Assembly (NCBI RefSeq): GCF_030028105.1 | Contig: NC_092379.1 | Coordinates: 30,277,715-30,341,714 of the forward strand | Origin: Mobula birostris | Taxonomy: Eukaryota | Length of the DNA stretch: 64,000 nucleotides | Reading direction: 5' to 3' | Shown: piece by piece, positions 25,560 to 37,816 of the stretch | Layout: each line of letters opens with the position of its first letter | Position numbering within the stretch: the stretch's first letter is position 1 | The notes under the pieces: generated by a model | Told to the model about the DNA's origin: nothing | The model's input: only the letters and a program-made list of their open reading frames with translations | The model's database searches: none | Made by a program: the position numbers and the translations under genes

Positions 25560-27510
25560 TCGATTGACTTGGTTTGTCTGTAATTTCACTGCGTCCTGCA
25601 AACCTTGGATTTTAAAATGGAGCCGGTGCATTTTAATCATCGCCCTTTGTCCTGGGCTTATAGTATTTCTATGCGACTGAATTTTGAGTCAAACGCCTTA
25701 CTTTGTTGTTGTTCCTTTTTCCTGATTGATCGGCCGCCAATGATATGGTCCCCTTCACCATCCCCACCTACTGTGGTGCCCGATTTTTTGACACGTTCCT
25801 ATTTATTTAAGGTTCTGACAAATTTAACCTTAACAATTCCACCAGTCAACTGATGTCTCTCCGTTCATGAGTTTATAAGGGGCGTAACCCATCGCTGATG
25901 GCACTGTTATTCCTTTTCATCATCAAGTTAAAATGACCAGCCATGTTGTTCCATTCTTTTGCTGCATTTTGGGCATCATATATTTTTAATGGTCTGTTCA
26001 CTATTTCTACAACTCCACAAGACTGATATCTATCTATTCGGCATATAAGCTTTCTGCTTAATCCTAAAAGTGTCATGATCTCCTGCATTATTTGGGATAT
26101 AAGATGCATGCCCTGATCCAACTCTATACACGGAGGTAATCCCGCGAGTAAACTTCATTTCCAACAAGTTTGTTATTTTATTTTTATCTATCTATCTACT
26201 TATCTATCTACCTATTTATTTATTTATTTTGTTTTTGCGGTTGCTTTCACCATGTTCGTCTCAGGCTGAAAAGCATCTACCCTCCTTGACTGGGTGACAG
26301 CTTGTTTCGCAAACTCAGCTGCCTTCCTATTCCTCTCTTGGTGCAATTTTGAGTGGACTTTTAACTTTATGACTCAATATTCTTTACCCTTTTCTTCTTC
26401 AATAATATACCGCAACAGTGCAGATGATCGGAAGCGCGTCCATCAGATGAAATAAACCTTCTTGCTTCCCTCAGAAGTAAGTGTTCTGTAAGGCTATGAC
26501 AAAGGTACATACTATTAGAGAGCATAACTTATCCAGGCGGAAAATATTATCGGTAGCAAACCACATTCTGCGACATCAATCAAGGAGTTTGTTTGTTTGT
26601 TTGTTTTTAACATGCGTTATACCCCAGGTCTGCTGGCGGGAGCAGATATGAACCATGTGCCGTGGTTTTAATTTTCTATGTGTCTCCTGACTACAGCATT
26701 GCTGAGAGTGCGGTAGAAGTTGTGGCTAACTGCAATGAGAATGTTTCATTCGGAGTTGGGGTTCTTAGAGCAGGCGCAGTGGTTAATGCTTGATTCTGAG
26801 CTGTAATACCCTGGGTGTTCTCTGATTTCCATGCCAAAAACACGTTTTTTTCCAGTAACTTTATTACAGGAACTGCCCTAGTGTAAAAAGAAATCAATAC
26901 GATCACTGCAGTATCCACTTGATGAAAAGTATTAATCAATTCACTTTATGCCGTCCTGATATTTTGGGGGTACACACAGAAGTATTTCTATTTCTGATCT
27001 ACATCTGCCGTGTAATAATGTTAACAACTGAATACAGTTAGGTCTGCAAGCTATCGCACAATTCAAAAAGCCTAGAATCCGTTGGACGCCTTGAAAAATC
27101 GGTGACAATTGCCAAGCCAAGAGTACTTGCTGTGCTACGAGAGCTTAGGCGTTTTAATGGTAATTCCAGAAACACTTCCTTTCACGTTCAAAAAGTGGGT
27201 GTGACCAAAGTCCATTGGTAATTTAATGCATCATTTATCCATTTTTAAGAGTCGTCCCCGGAACGTTTGTTGTAGAGAATGTTACTGTATCAGAAAGTCG
27301 GTGTAATATTTTGACAACAATGCGAGGTTCGGAGTATCCAAATGCGTGCGTTTTACACGATGTTCCATCTCTTTATTACAATATTTGACCTGATTAATCA
27401 GCTCTTTATCGAGATTAGATGACTGACAATTGGATAAGGCCCCATATTCCAGCTACTTTATGAGCACGATCGTATTAGCTACCAATATTTCCCTGAGGAA
27501 CTGTTGGAAA
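25560..27510 (-). mobile_element. Heavily decayed endogenous-retrovirus-like pol fossil (RT, RNase H linker, IN)
   Basis: Collinear remnants on the minus strand: PTVPQG (about 27490-27507), GVQRILGFLNC (about 27057-27090), ALTTAPAL..FSL (about 26740-26790), AHGSYLLPP.D.GYNAC (about 26610-26665) and DQG..I..IM..LLG..QSCGVVE..NR.LK (25873-26121). Confidence 0.55.
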
Positions 27511-28039
27511 CCTGGAAGTCAAACATTTTATAGTACTAGTTGTGTGTCATCGTACTTGTTGAAATCTCTCTTTTGGACCACTGTTGGACCAATGCTGTTA
27601 TTGGGATTGCTGTTCTCGAAGTTCGAAAGGCAATTGAAGATTTTAACCCCATTCGACTTAAAGTAACCACTGGTAAATTACCTGAAGAGAGGTTATCACG
27701 TATCTACACAATCTTCAAAGGCTCGTTTACCATCTTCATTTTTTTCGTATACGACGTGTTTTGCTGCTACTATCAACTATTCGATCAATGCGTCCTCTCT
27801 TTACCATGCAGAAGATACTTCAGTCTAACAAGGTAGATAAAAACACAGTTTTTGTTTCAGTAATAGACGGTTCAATACAAAGAATGCGTTAAACTACATT
27901 TAAGACTCACATGGGATTTTTATAATATCACAGCTCTATTTATACCTTTAATATCTTTTTCCCGTTCTCGGGGTTCACCGACTGGCCGCTATTGGACATG
28001 CTAAGGGTTTGGCCTGAGAATCTCGATTGTGTTAGGAAG

Positions 28040-28225
28040 CCTAAGTTTACTTTAGTCAGAGGGTGGTAAATCTGTGAGATTTGTTGTCACGAGCGGCTGT
28101 GGATACCTAGTCATTGGGTGTATTTAAGGCAGAGATAGATAGGTTCTTGATTACCAGGGCATCAAAGGGTATAGGGTGAAAGCGAGGAGTACGGATCACG
28201 TGGTGAAGTGGATCAGCCCATGATC
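28040..28225 (+). mobile_element. Degenerate CR1 3' fragment
   Basis: TTTAGTCAGAGGGTGGTAAATCTG and TTTAAGGCAGAGATAGATAGGTTCTTGATT resemble CR1 ORF2 end sequences. Confidence 0.6.
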
Positions 28226-28511
28226 AGCGGTTTGTTGTTATGTCTCCCGCTCGTTGCGAACATAGGGAAAACCTCCCTTTTCCTTGCCAGGGAAAGAAAT
28301 GCTCAGCACACACTTTGGCTTGGGTGATTGTACCGATGTGCGTGTTTTTTTGCTGGTGGGGGAAGGGACTTGTTGCTCGCTGCCGCTTACGCGCGGGAGG
28401 TGGGAGTGGGAAGCTGGGGATTCTGGGGTTCTCACGTTTAACTGTCGTTCATTCTTGGGGCACTTCTCTGTTTTCCTAGATATTTGCGAAGAAAAAGCAC
28501 TTCATGATGTA

Positions 28512-29978
28512 CAGTTGAAGTCAGAAGTTTACAGACACTTCGGTTGAAGTCATTAAAACTATTTGTTTAACCACTCCACAGATTTCATATTAGCAAACTA
28601 TAGATTTGGCAAGACGATCAGGGCATCTACTTTGTGTATGACACGATTATTTTTTTCAACAATTATTTACCGACAGATTATTTCAGTTTTAATTGACTGT
28701 ATCACAATTCCAGTGAGTCAGTTTCCAAACAAAATCAAAAGAAATCAGCCAAGGCTTCAGGAAAAAAAAATGTGGACCTCCACAAGTCTGGATCATCCTT
28801 GGGAGCAATTTCCAAACGCCTGAAGGTACCACGTTCATCTGTACACACAATAGTACGCAAGTATAAACACCATGGACCACGCAGCTACCATACCTCTCAG
28901 GAAGGAGACGCATTCTGTCTCCTAGAGATTGACGTACTCTGGCGCGAAAAGTGCAAATCAATCAATCTCAGAACAACAGCAAAGGACCTTGTGAAGATTC
29001 TGGAGAAAACAGGTCGACAAGAATCTATATCCACAGTAAAACGAGCCCTATATTGGCATAACCTGAACGGCTCTTAGAAAGGAAGAAACCACTGTTCCAA
29101 AACCGCCATAACAAGCCAGGCTACAGTTTGCAAGTGCACGTGGGGACAAAGATCTTACTTTCTGGAGGAATGTCCTCTGGCCTGATGAAATAAGAATTGA
29201 ACTGCTTGGCCATAATTACCATCGTTACGTTGGGAGGAAATGGAGTGAGGCTTGCAAGCCGAAGAACACCATCCCAACCCAGAAGCATGGGGGTGGCAGC
29301 ATCATGTTGTGGGGGTGCTTTGCTGTAGGACGGACTGGGGCACTTCAGGGAATAGATGGCATCATGAGGAAGAAAAATTATGTGGATATATTGAAGCAAC
29401 ATCTCAAGACATCAGCCAGGAATTTAAAGCTCGGTCGCACATGGTTCTTCCAAATGGACAATGATTCCAAGTGTACCTCCAAAGTTGTGGCAAAACTGCT
29501 TAAGGACAACAAAATCAAGGTATTGGAGTGGCCATCACAAAGTCCTGACCTCAATCCGATACAAAATTTGTGGGTGGAACCGAAAAAGCGTGTGCGGGCA
29601 TGGAGCCCTACAAACCTGACTCAGTTATACCAGTTCTGTCTGGAGGAATGGAACAAAATTCTAGCAAATTATTGTGAGAAGTCTGTGGAAGGATATCCAA
29701 GACGTTTGACACAAGTAAAACAATTTAAAGGCAATGCTACCAAATACTAACAAAGTGTATGTAAACTTCTAACCAACTGGGAATATGATGAAAGAAATAA
29801 AAGGTGAAATAAATCATTCTCTCCACTATTATTCTGAAATTTCACATTCTTATGATAGTGTAATGACCCTAACTGACCTAAGACAGGAAATGTTTTCTAG
29901 AATTAAATGTCAGGAATTGTGAAAAACTGAGTTTAAATCTATTTGGCTAAGGTGTATGTAAACATTTGACTACAGCTG
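28512..29978 (+). mobile_element. Sleeping Beauty-like Tc1 transposon, decayed
   Basis: TA TSDs at 28510-28511 and 29979-29980. TIR CAGTTGAAGTCAGAAGTTTACAGACACTT. Transposase pieces DLHKSGSSLGAISKRLKVPRSSV (28772-) and MLWGCFA..QMDND..WPSQSPDLNPIQNLW..FKGNATKY (29304-29750). A deletion removes the left inner DR, 5' UTR and start codon. Inserted into another repeat whose sequence resumes after the right TA. Confidence 0.93.
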
Positions 29979-30114
29979 TATATTGTATATATTTCTCTGA
30001 CACTAAATTTGACCTATGAACCCTTCAATATCTTGAATCCTGAAATATTATGAATTGCTTCGAAATTAAAAAAAAAATCCCAGAACACAAACAACACAAC
30101 ACAACACAACAGTA

Positions 30115-31318
30115 AACAGCACAAGGCTCCTTTTCATTGACTACAGCTCTGCCTTTAATGCCATGGTTCCAAATAAACTGATTCCTAAGCTCCGGAACCT
30201 GGGACTTAGCACTTAGATATGCAGTTGGATCTTGAAATTCCTCACAGACAGGACCCGGTCTGTAAAAATAGGGAAGAAGCTCTCCTCTACAATGACTCTG
30301 AGCACCGGTGCCCCACAAGGCTGTGTACTCAGCCCCCTACTGTACCCACTGTACACCTATGATTGTGTAGCCAAGTTTCCATCAAACTCAATATATAAGT
30401 TTGCTGATGACACAACAATTGTAGACCGTATTTCAGGTGATGTTAAGTTTGTGTACAGAGAAGAAATTAAGAACCTTGCGAAGACAACAACCTATCCCTC
30501 AACGTCAGCAAGACGAAGGAATCGGTTGTTGACTTCAGAAGGAGTAGCGGACCGCACGACCGAAATTACATCGGTAGTGCGCAAGTGGAACAGGTCAAAA
30601 GCTTTAAGCTCCTGGGGGTCAATATCACAAATGACCTGACTTGGTCCAACCAAGCAGAGTTCACTGCCAAGAAGGCCCACCAGCACCTTTACTTCCTGAG
30701 AAAACTAAAGAAATTTGGTTTGTCCCCTAAAACGCTCACTAATTTTTATAGATGCACCGTAGAAAGCATTCTTCTAGGGTGCATCACAACCTGGTATGGA
30801 ATTTGTCCTGTCCAAGACCGAAGGTAGCTGTAGAAGATCGTGAACACTGCGCAGCACATCACACAAACCAATCTTCCGTCGGTGGACTCACTTTACACCG
30901 CACACTGTCGGAACAATCCTGCCACGATAATGAAGGACGCGACCAACCCAGCCAACAGACTTTTCGTCCCTCTTCCCCCCGGAAGAAGGTTCAGGAGCTT
31001 GAAGACTCGTACAGCCAGATTTCGGAACAGCCTGTTTCTAATTTTGATAAGACTGCTGACCGGACTCTGACCCAGATCTGGGCCATACCCTCCAAATATG
31101 CCTCTCGGTTTTTTGCAATGCCTTACTTCACATTTTTCTCTTTTCCATTTATGATTCATAATTTAAATTTTTAATATTTACTAATTTTAACTATTTTGAA
31201 TATCTTTAATTTATTATATTTGTAATCCAGGGAGTCTGAAGCGCAGAATCAAATATCGCTGTGATAATTGTACGTTCTAGTACCAATTGTTTGGCGACAA
31301 TAAAGTATAAAGTATAAA
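30115..31318 (+). mobile_element. Rex1/Babar-clade LINE, 5'-truncated
   Basis: [24 protein letters not shown] and KFADDTT motifs, and AHQHLYFLRKLKK..YRCTVESIL. 3' end AATAAAGTATAAAGTATAAA. Confidence 0.85.
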
Positions 31319-31339
31319 TTTCCAAAATTTATTTCTTCA

Positions 31340-34300
31340 GCAGTTTGAACGGGGTTCGACTGCACACGCGCGTGGACGTCAGCCGGTAAAAACAGCGAGA
31401 GGGGTTTAAAAAGAAGACAGATTTATACAGCGGGCGTCGGAGGAGACGGCGGCGGAGTAGAGAGAGACAGAGTACGAAGGCTTTGGATCAACAGGGCTTC
31501 GAAGCTAAAGGGTCGAGGCGATGTAGCTTATCCGGGTAAAATGCAGACGTAACGTATGTGTTTTTTGCTCGGTGTCAGATGTGGAAGGTCCTGGAGACAC
31601 CTGCATCTGCACCAAGTCCTGGAGACACCTGCATCTGCACCAGGGCCGTCGAGCTGCAGCTCCTTAAGGACACGCTAGGGAAATGGATATGCAGCTCGAT
31701 GAACTTCGTTTGGTCACTGAAAGTGAGGAGGTGATAGAGAGGAGCTATAGGCAGGGAGTCACTCTGGGGCCAGGACAGACAGATAAGTGGGTAACAGTCA
31801 GGAGAGGGAAGGGAGGAATCAAAGGCTAGGGAGCATCACTGTGGCTGTACCCCTTGACAATAAGTTTCCTGCTTGAGTACTGTTCGGTGGAGGGGGGGGG
31901 GGGGGGTACCGTCTAACTGGTGGAAGAAGCAGTTGTCCCGCCTGTAGCTCAGAGTTGGCTCTGCGGTTCAGAATTGTAGGGAAAGGAAGTGGACGGCAGC
32001 AATGACAGGGGACCCTATAGTTAGGGATTCAGACTGGCGATTCTGTGGACGCAGGAAAGAAACGCGGATGGTAGTTTGCTTCTCATGTGCCAGGGTCCGG
32101 GTTGTTTCTGATCACGTCCATGATATCTTGAACTGGGAAGGAGAACAGCCAGAGGTTGTGGTGCATATTGGTACCACCGACGTAGTTAGGAAAAGTGATG
32201 AGGTCCTGAAGACAGATTACAGGGAGTAAGGAAGGAAGGACCTCAAAGGTAGAAATCTCGGGATGGCTGCCCGTGTCACGTGATGATGTGTATAGGAATA
32301 GAGTGAGGTGGAGGATAAATGCGTGGCTGAGGGAACAGAGCGATGGACAAAGATTGGAGATTTCTGTATCACGGGGACAGGTGTGACCTATACAAAAAAG
32401 AATGAGTTGCACTTGAATCCCAGGGGACCAATATCCTGGCGGGAAGGTTTGCTAAGGATATTCGTGAGCGTTCAAACTACGGTTTTCTGGGGTGGATCGA
32501 AACTGAAGTGACGAAAGAAAGGGGGGTTAGTTCACAAATAGAGAAAGCTTGGTAGGTGAAAGAGAACGGACGCGGTCAGGCCGATGGTTTGAGATTTGTC
32601 TATTTTAATGCAAGGAGCATTATGAACAAAGCGGATGAGCTTAGAGCGTGAATCAGCACTTGGAGCTATGATGCTGTGGCCATTATAGAGACTTGGATTG
32701 TGCAAGGGCAGAAATGGCTACTTCAACTGCTAGGCTTTAGATGCTTCAGAAAGGACAGGGACTGAGGCAAAATAAGTGTGGGTGCGGCACTGTTGATCAG
32801 GGACAGTGTCACGGCTGGAGAAAAGGAGGCAGTCATGGAGGGTTGTCTACGGAGTCTGTGTGGAAGAATCTTAGGAACGGGAAGGGGTCTATAACTCTAC
32901 GGGGTGTTTTTTATAGACCACCCAATAGTAACATGGACACCGAGGAGCACAGAGGGAGGCAGGTTCTGTGAAGGTGTAGTAATTACAGGGTTATTGTGGT
33001 GGGAGATTTTAATTTCCCAAATATTGATTGGCATCATCAATGCGTGAGTTGTTTAGATCCGGTGGAGGTGGTTACGTGTAATCAGGAAGGTTTTATAAAA
33101 CACAAAATTTAGATAAATCTACAAGAGGAAAGGCTGTACTTGATCTGCTTTTTGGAAAGGAACCCGGTTATGTGTCAGGTCTCTCAGTAGGACTGGATTT
33201 TGGAGATGGTGATCGCAATTCTATCTCCTTTACTATAGCAGGAGAGTGATAGAAACAGAAAAGTTATGGAAACGTTTAAGTGGAGTAGGAGGAAATATGA
33301 GGTTATCAGGCACGGACTTGGACACCTAAATTGGAAACAGATGCTCTCAGGGAAACGTAAGGAAGAAATGAGGCAAATATTCAGGGAATATTTCCGTGGC
33401 CTTCTGAAAAGGTACGTTCCAATGAGACAGGGAAAGGATGGCAGGATACAGGAACGGTGATGTACAAAGGCGGTTGTAAAGAAGTTGTCAAGAAGAAAAG
33501 AAGAGCTTAGGAAAGGTTAAAATATTGGGTAATCATAGAAATCTGGAAGATTATAAGGCTAGCAAGAAAGAGCTTAAGAATGAAATCAGGAGAACCAGAA
33601 AGGGCAATGAGAAGGTCTTTGCGGACAGGATTAAGGAAAACCCCAAGGCATTCTAGAAGAATGTGAAGAGGAAGATGATAAGACATGAAAGTAGAGGACC
33701 AATCAAGTATGAATTTGGAAAAGTGTGCATGGAGCCCGAGGAGACAGCAGAGGCACCTAATGAATACTTGATTCAGTATTCAATACGGAAAAGGATCTTG
33801 GCGATTGTAGGGATGACTTGAAGCGGACTGAAAAGCTTGAGCATGCAGATATTAAGGAATTAAGCTAGAAAACTTGCAAATTATCAAGTTGGCTGTCAGC
33901 GGGCCCAGACGGGATGTAACCCAGGCTACTATGGGAAACGAGGGTGGAGACTGCCGAGACTCTGGCGATGAACTTTGCATCATCTATGAGGACGGAAGAG
34001 GTTCTGGAGGATTGAAGGGTTGTGCAATTTGTTCCCTTGTTCAAGAAAGCGAGTAGAGTTAGCCCAGGAAATTATAGACCGGTGAGTCTTACTTCAGTGG
34101 TTGCAAAGTTGATGGACAATATCCTGAGAGGCAGGATTTATGAACATTTGCAGAGACATAATACGATTAGGAATATTCAACATGACTTTGTCAAAGGGAC
34201 GTCGCGCCTTACGAGCCTGATTGAATTTTCTGAGGATGTGTCTAAACACACTGAGGAAGGTATAGCCGTAGATGTAGTGTATATGGATTTCAGCAAGCCA

Positions 34301-35525
34301 TTTCATAAAGGACCCCATGCAAAGCTTATTGAGAAAGCAAGGAGACATGGGATACAAGGGGACATTGCTGTGTGGATACAGAACTGGCTTGCCACAGAAG
34401 GCTAAGAGCGGTTGTACGTAGGTCATATTGTGCATGGAGGTCGGTGTCCAGTGGTGTGCCTCAAGTATCTGTTCTGCGTCCACTACTCTTGGTAATTTTT
34501 ATAAAAAGTGACCTGAATGAGAAAATGGCTGGACGGGTTAGTAAATTTTCTGATGACACAAAGGTTGGGGGTGCTTGGAGAGTGTGGAGTGCTGTCAGAG
34601 TTTACAGCGGGACATTGATAGGATGCAAAGCAGGGCTGAGGAGATGGATCCCAACCCAGAGAAGTGTGAGGTGGTTCATTTGGATTGGTCAAACGTAATG
34701 ACAGAACATAGCTTTGATGGTAAGACTCTTGGCAGTAAGGAGGATCATAGGAACCTTGGGGTCCGAGTACATAGGACGCTCAAATCTGCTATGCAAGTTG
34801 GCTCTGTAGTTCAGAAGGCATACGATGCATTATCCTTCATCAACTATGGGATTGAGTTTAAGAGCCAAGAGGTAATGTTGCAGCTCTATAGAACCCTGGT
34901 CAGAACCCACTTGGAGTACTGTGCTCAGTTCTGTTCGCCTCACTACAGGAAGTGGAAACTACAGACACGGGTGCAAAGGAGCTTTACAAGAATGTTTCCT
35001 GGATTGGGGAGCATGCTTTATGAGAATAGATTGAGTGAACTGGGCGTTTTCTCTTTGGAGCGATGTACGATGACAGGTGAACTGAGAGAGGTGTACAAGG
35101 TAATGAGATGGATTGATCGCGTGGATCGTCAGAGGCTTTTACCCAGGGTTGAAATGGCTTAAACGAGAGGGCAGAGTTTTAAGGTGCCCGGAAGTAGGCA
35201 CAAAGAAGATGTCAAGGATAAGTTTTGTTACGCAGAGAGTGGTGATTGCGTGGAATGGGCTGCCTGCGGCGTTGGTGGAGGCAGAAACGATAAAGCCTTT
35301 TAAGAGACTCCTGGATAGGTACATGGAGCCGTGAAAAAAAAACAGGGCTATGGGTAAATCTATGTAGTTCTAAGGTGAGGACATGTTCCGCACGGTTTTG
35401 TGGGCGGAACATGTCCTTACCTTAGAACTACCTAGACTTACCCATAGCCCTGTTTTTCTCTTTTTAGGTACAGCACAATAACTGCCTGTATTGTGCTGTA
35501 GGTTTACTATGTTTCTGTGTTTTAA
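31340..35525 (+). mobile_element. Near full-length degenerate CR1 LINE (ORF1 with esterase-like domain, ORF2 APE and RT)
   Basis: GD.IVR..CG....RMVVC..PEVVVHIGT.D (SGNH esterase, 32002-32229). YFNARSIMNKADEL (about 32600), PGNYRPVSLTSVV, GVPQ..SKFSDDTK and a CR1 3' end. Many stops and frameshifts. Confidence 0.88.
35338..35457. repeat. Long inverted repeat (54-bp arms, 12-nt loop)
   Basis: 35338-35391 matches the reverse complement of 35404-35457 with 3 mismatches. A second perfect 12-bp hairpin follows at 35469-35500. Confidence 0.92.
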
Positions 35526-35562
35526 TGATTTGAGTACAGAAAGGATAAAGTAGATTGATAAA

Positions 35563-35713
35563 AAACACACATCAAAGTTGCTGGTGAATGCAGCAGGCCA
35601 GGCAGCATCTCTAGGAAGAGGTACAGTCGACGTTTCAGGCCGAGACCCTTCGGCAGGACTAACTGAAAGAAGAGTTAGTAAGAGATTTGAAAGTGGGAGG
35701 GGGAGGGGGAGAT
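35563..35713 (-). mobile_element. Penelope terminal fragment with a mutated hammerhead core
   Basis: Close match to 12699-12850. The hammerhead at 35624-35661 reads AGTC-CTGCCGA-AGGGTCTCGGCCT-GAAAC-GTC-GACT. Confidence 0.85.
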
Positions 35714-37254
35714 AAGAGATTTTCGAAAACAATGGTCCCATTCCTGAGAATACATACGTATTTATATATATATACAGCAAAGACACAGACAAACACGTTT
35801 GGAAACATCTTTTGGGAACATAGATATTCGCAATATACTAATATTTCAGTCAAACTAACTCTGTTGAGTTGAGACACTTTTTCTCCTATAAATATATCAG
35901 TTACTGGTGTTCGATATTATATTACGCATTTGTTCTACGATCATGCTTGAACGAAGACACTTACGAGTCTGTTTGTCTGAAATAACCAAAGTTAAACAGA
36001 TCACTGCCTTATACTTTACTTATGCTTTAAAGCAAGTGCAGTGACTCTCAACAAATATACAGCTAATTTGCAAAATCGTTTTCCAAAGAGGGCTTTGATA
36101 TCTGCCAGCTGCTACCCATTTACATTTTAAAAGCTGTAGACGGACTTCTATTTGAAACCACAAGTTACAGAATGCAATATAGTTCGAGTTTACTTACAAC
36201 TTTCCAATGGCAGCTGCTATTGAGAAAGCAAGCTTAGCAAACTTGAGATAAAACAAATATTTTCCACGTCACATACTCCAATGGCATACATCATAGTTTC
36301 AGCCACATCTGCAGCTTTTGTGCTAAGGAATTATCTATAATTATTAGGGACATTGAGGACACAAACTATTGAGTAGGGAAATTGAAGTCCCAATGTTATC
36401 AACCATGCTATTTTGGCAAATTCCCAAAAACTACCTGCTTATCTGCTCATTCCTATCCCGGAGGGCACAAGGAGGTCTTTGGCAGCTCTGGTCGCCTCAT
36501 TACAGGAATAATGTGGAAACTATAGAAAGGGTGCAGAGGAGATTTACAAGGACGTTGTCTGGATTAGGGAGCATGTCTTATGATACTAGGTCGAGTGAAT
36601 GTGTTGTTCTATTCCAGTTCCCGACTTTTGCGCACAACGGTACATTTTAGGTCTCTTCACTATTTCCGACAGCATCAACGTTTCTGCACATATATTCAGA
36701 TTCACAGTCTGAAACCTTGGGCCCTGAACCAAATCGTGAGCAATGCATTTACCTATGTTACAACTATATCCTTACCATTACCGGGGCATTCCACAAACTT
36801 CAATTAAGAGATTACTACTCACGAGATCCTCTGCTTACTTCCTTTCTCGTTAACCGCCTCCTCAATTCAGAACAACATCCTTTATCCAATTTATGCCGCT
36901 GCTGCTAATGCATATATGCTCTCTTTCTGATCCCACACGCCTCAAGAATGCAGTGTCATGGACCCAATATATCCCTGACCTGAGACCTGAGAGCAATATA
37001 CTGTTTGGAAGATTCGTGACCGTTCATCGAATCTGTTCCCAGAACCAATGAATCGTCTAATACTGTTGGTCTTTCCTCTCGTATTTCCACTTAGCTACAC
37101 AGCCGGAGTTAGTGCCAAAGACCTGACTACTATGATACTCCTCTATATGCTCGCGAAAGTTAAAATAACATGTTGAGCACACATTGTGATTATTGAGTGC
37201 TGTTACTTTATGGCGAAAGGAATAGAACAATCCATGAGCTGTCTCTGAAAATTA

Positions 37255-37260
37255 TTTATT
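37255..37260 (-). terminator. IGHM: Candidate poly(A) signal for membrane IgM mRNA
   Basis: First AATAAA I found downstream of the TM2 stop, about 280 nt away. Confidence 0.6.
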
Positions 37261-37541
37261 TTGTTTTTGTTGCACTTGTGCACTGGATGCCAGAAAACAC
37301 GAAGAGAGTCGTGGTTAAAGAAACCGAACATGTGACATAATTCATGGAAAAAATGGACTTATGTGTGCATGTTATAAAGATTTAATGAATAACTGTAAAG
37401 TTGCAGTGATGAACATTCCAGCTTTTAAACAGGAATTCAGTCCATGGCTTTGCTAGCTTCAAATGGCGGTACATTCTTGCATGTTATCGCAGATGTGAAT
37501 AGTTCAGTAAGAAAAATCCGCTCCTTCCTATTTTCGAGCGA

Positions 37542-37550
37542 TCACTTCAC
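37542..37550 (-). CDS. IGHM: IgM TM2 exon (V-K-stop)
   Basis: Polypyrimidine tract ending cacag, then GTG AAG TGA. 138-nt intron from TM1. Completes the conserved KVK cytoplasmic tail. Confidence 0.92.
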   Translation of the reverse strand: MK

Positions 37551-37688
37551 CTGTGAATACAACAGAAATAGAGAAAACACAAATGCAGCAATGGCCTGAG
37601 ATTTTAGCCCCCGCAAGATGTTAACGTCATCGACATTTAGTCATCATCTCCAAATGCAGGAAAAGATAAGTGAACTAAATGTTCTCAC

Positions 37689-37816
37689 CTTCACTAAAGT
37701 TAGGGCAGCGCTGTAGGAAATACTCAGGAAGAATAAGATGATGAATGTGGAAGTAGTTGTCCATAAGTTCTTTGTGTCTTCCCCATAGTCTTCAATCCGG
37801 ATGTCTTCTGCAAAAT
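37689..37816 (-). CDS. IGHM: IgM TM1 exon (extracellular spacer and transmembrane helix)
   Basis: (D)FAEDIRIEDYGEDTKNLWTTTSTFIILFFLSISYSAALTLVK contains the conserved antigen-receptor TM (CART) motif. Acceptor ctcggtag, donor GTGAGA. Phase matches the internal Cmu4 donor. Confidence 0.95.
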
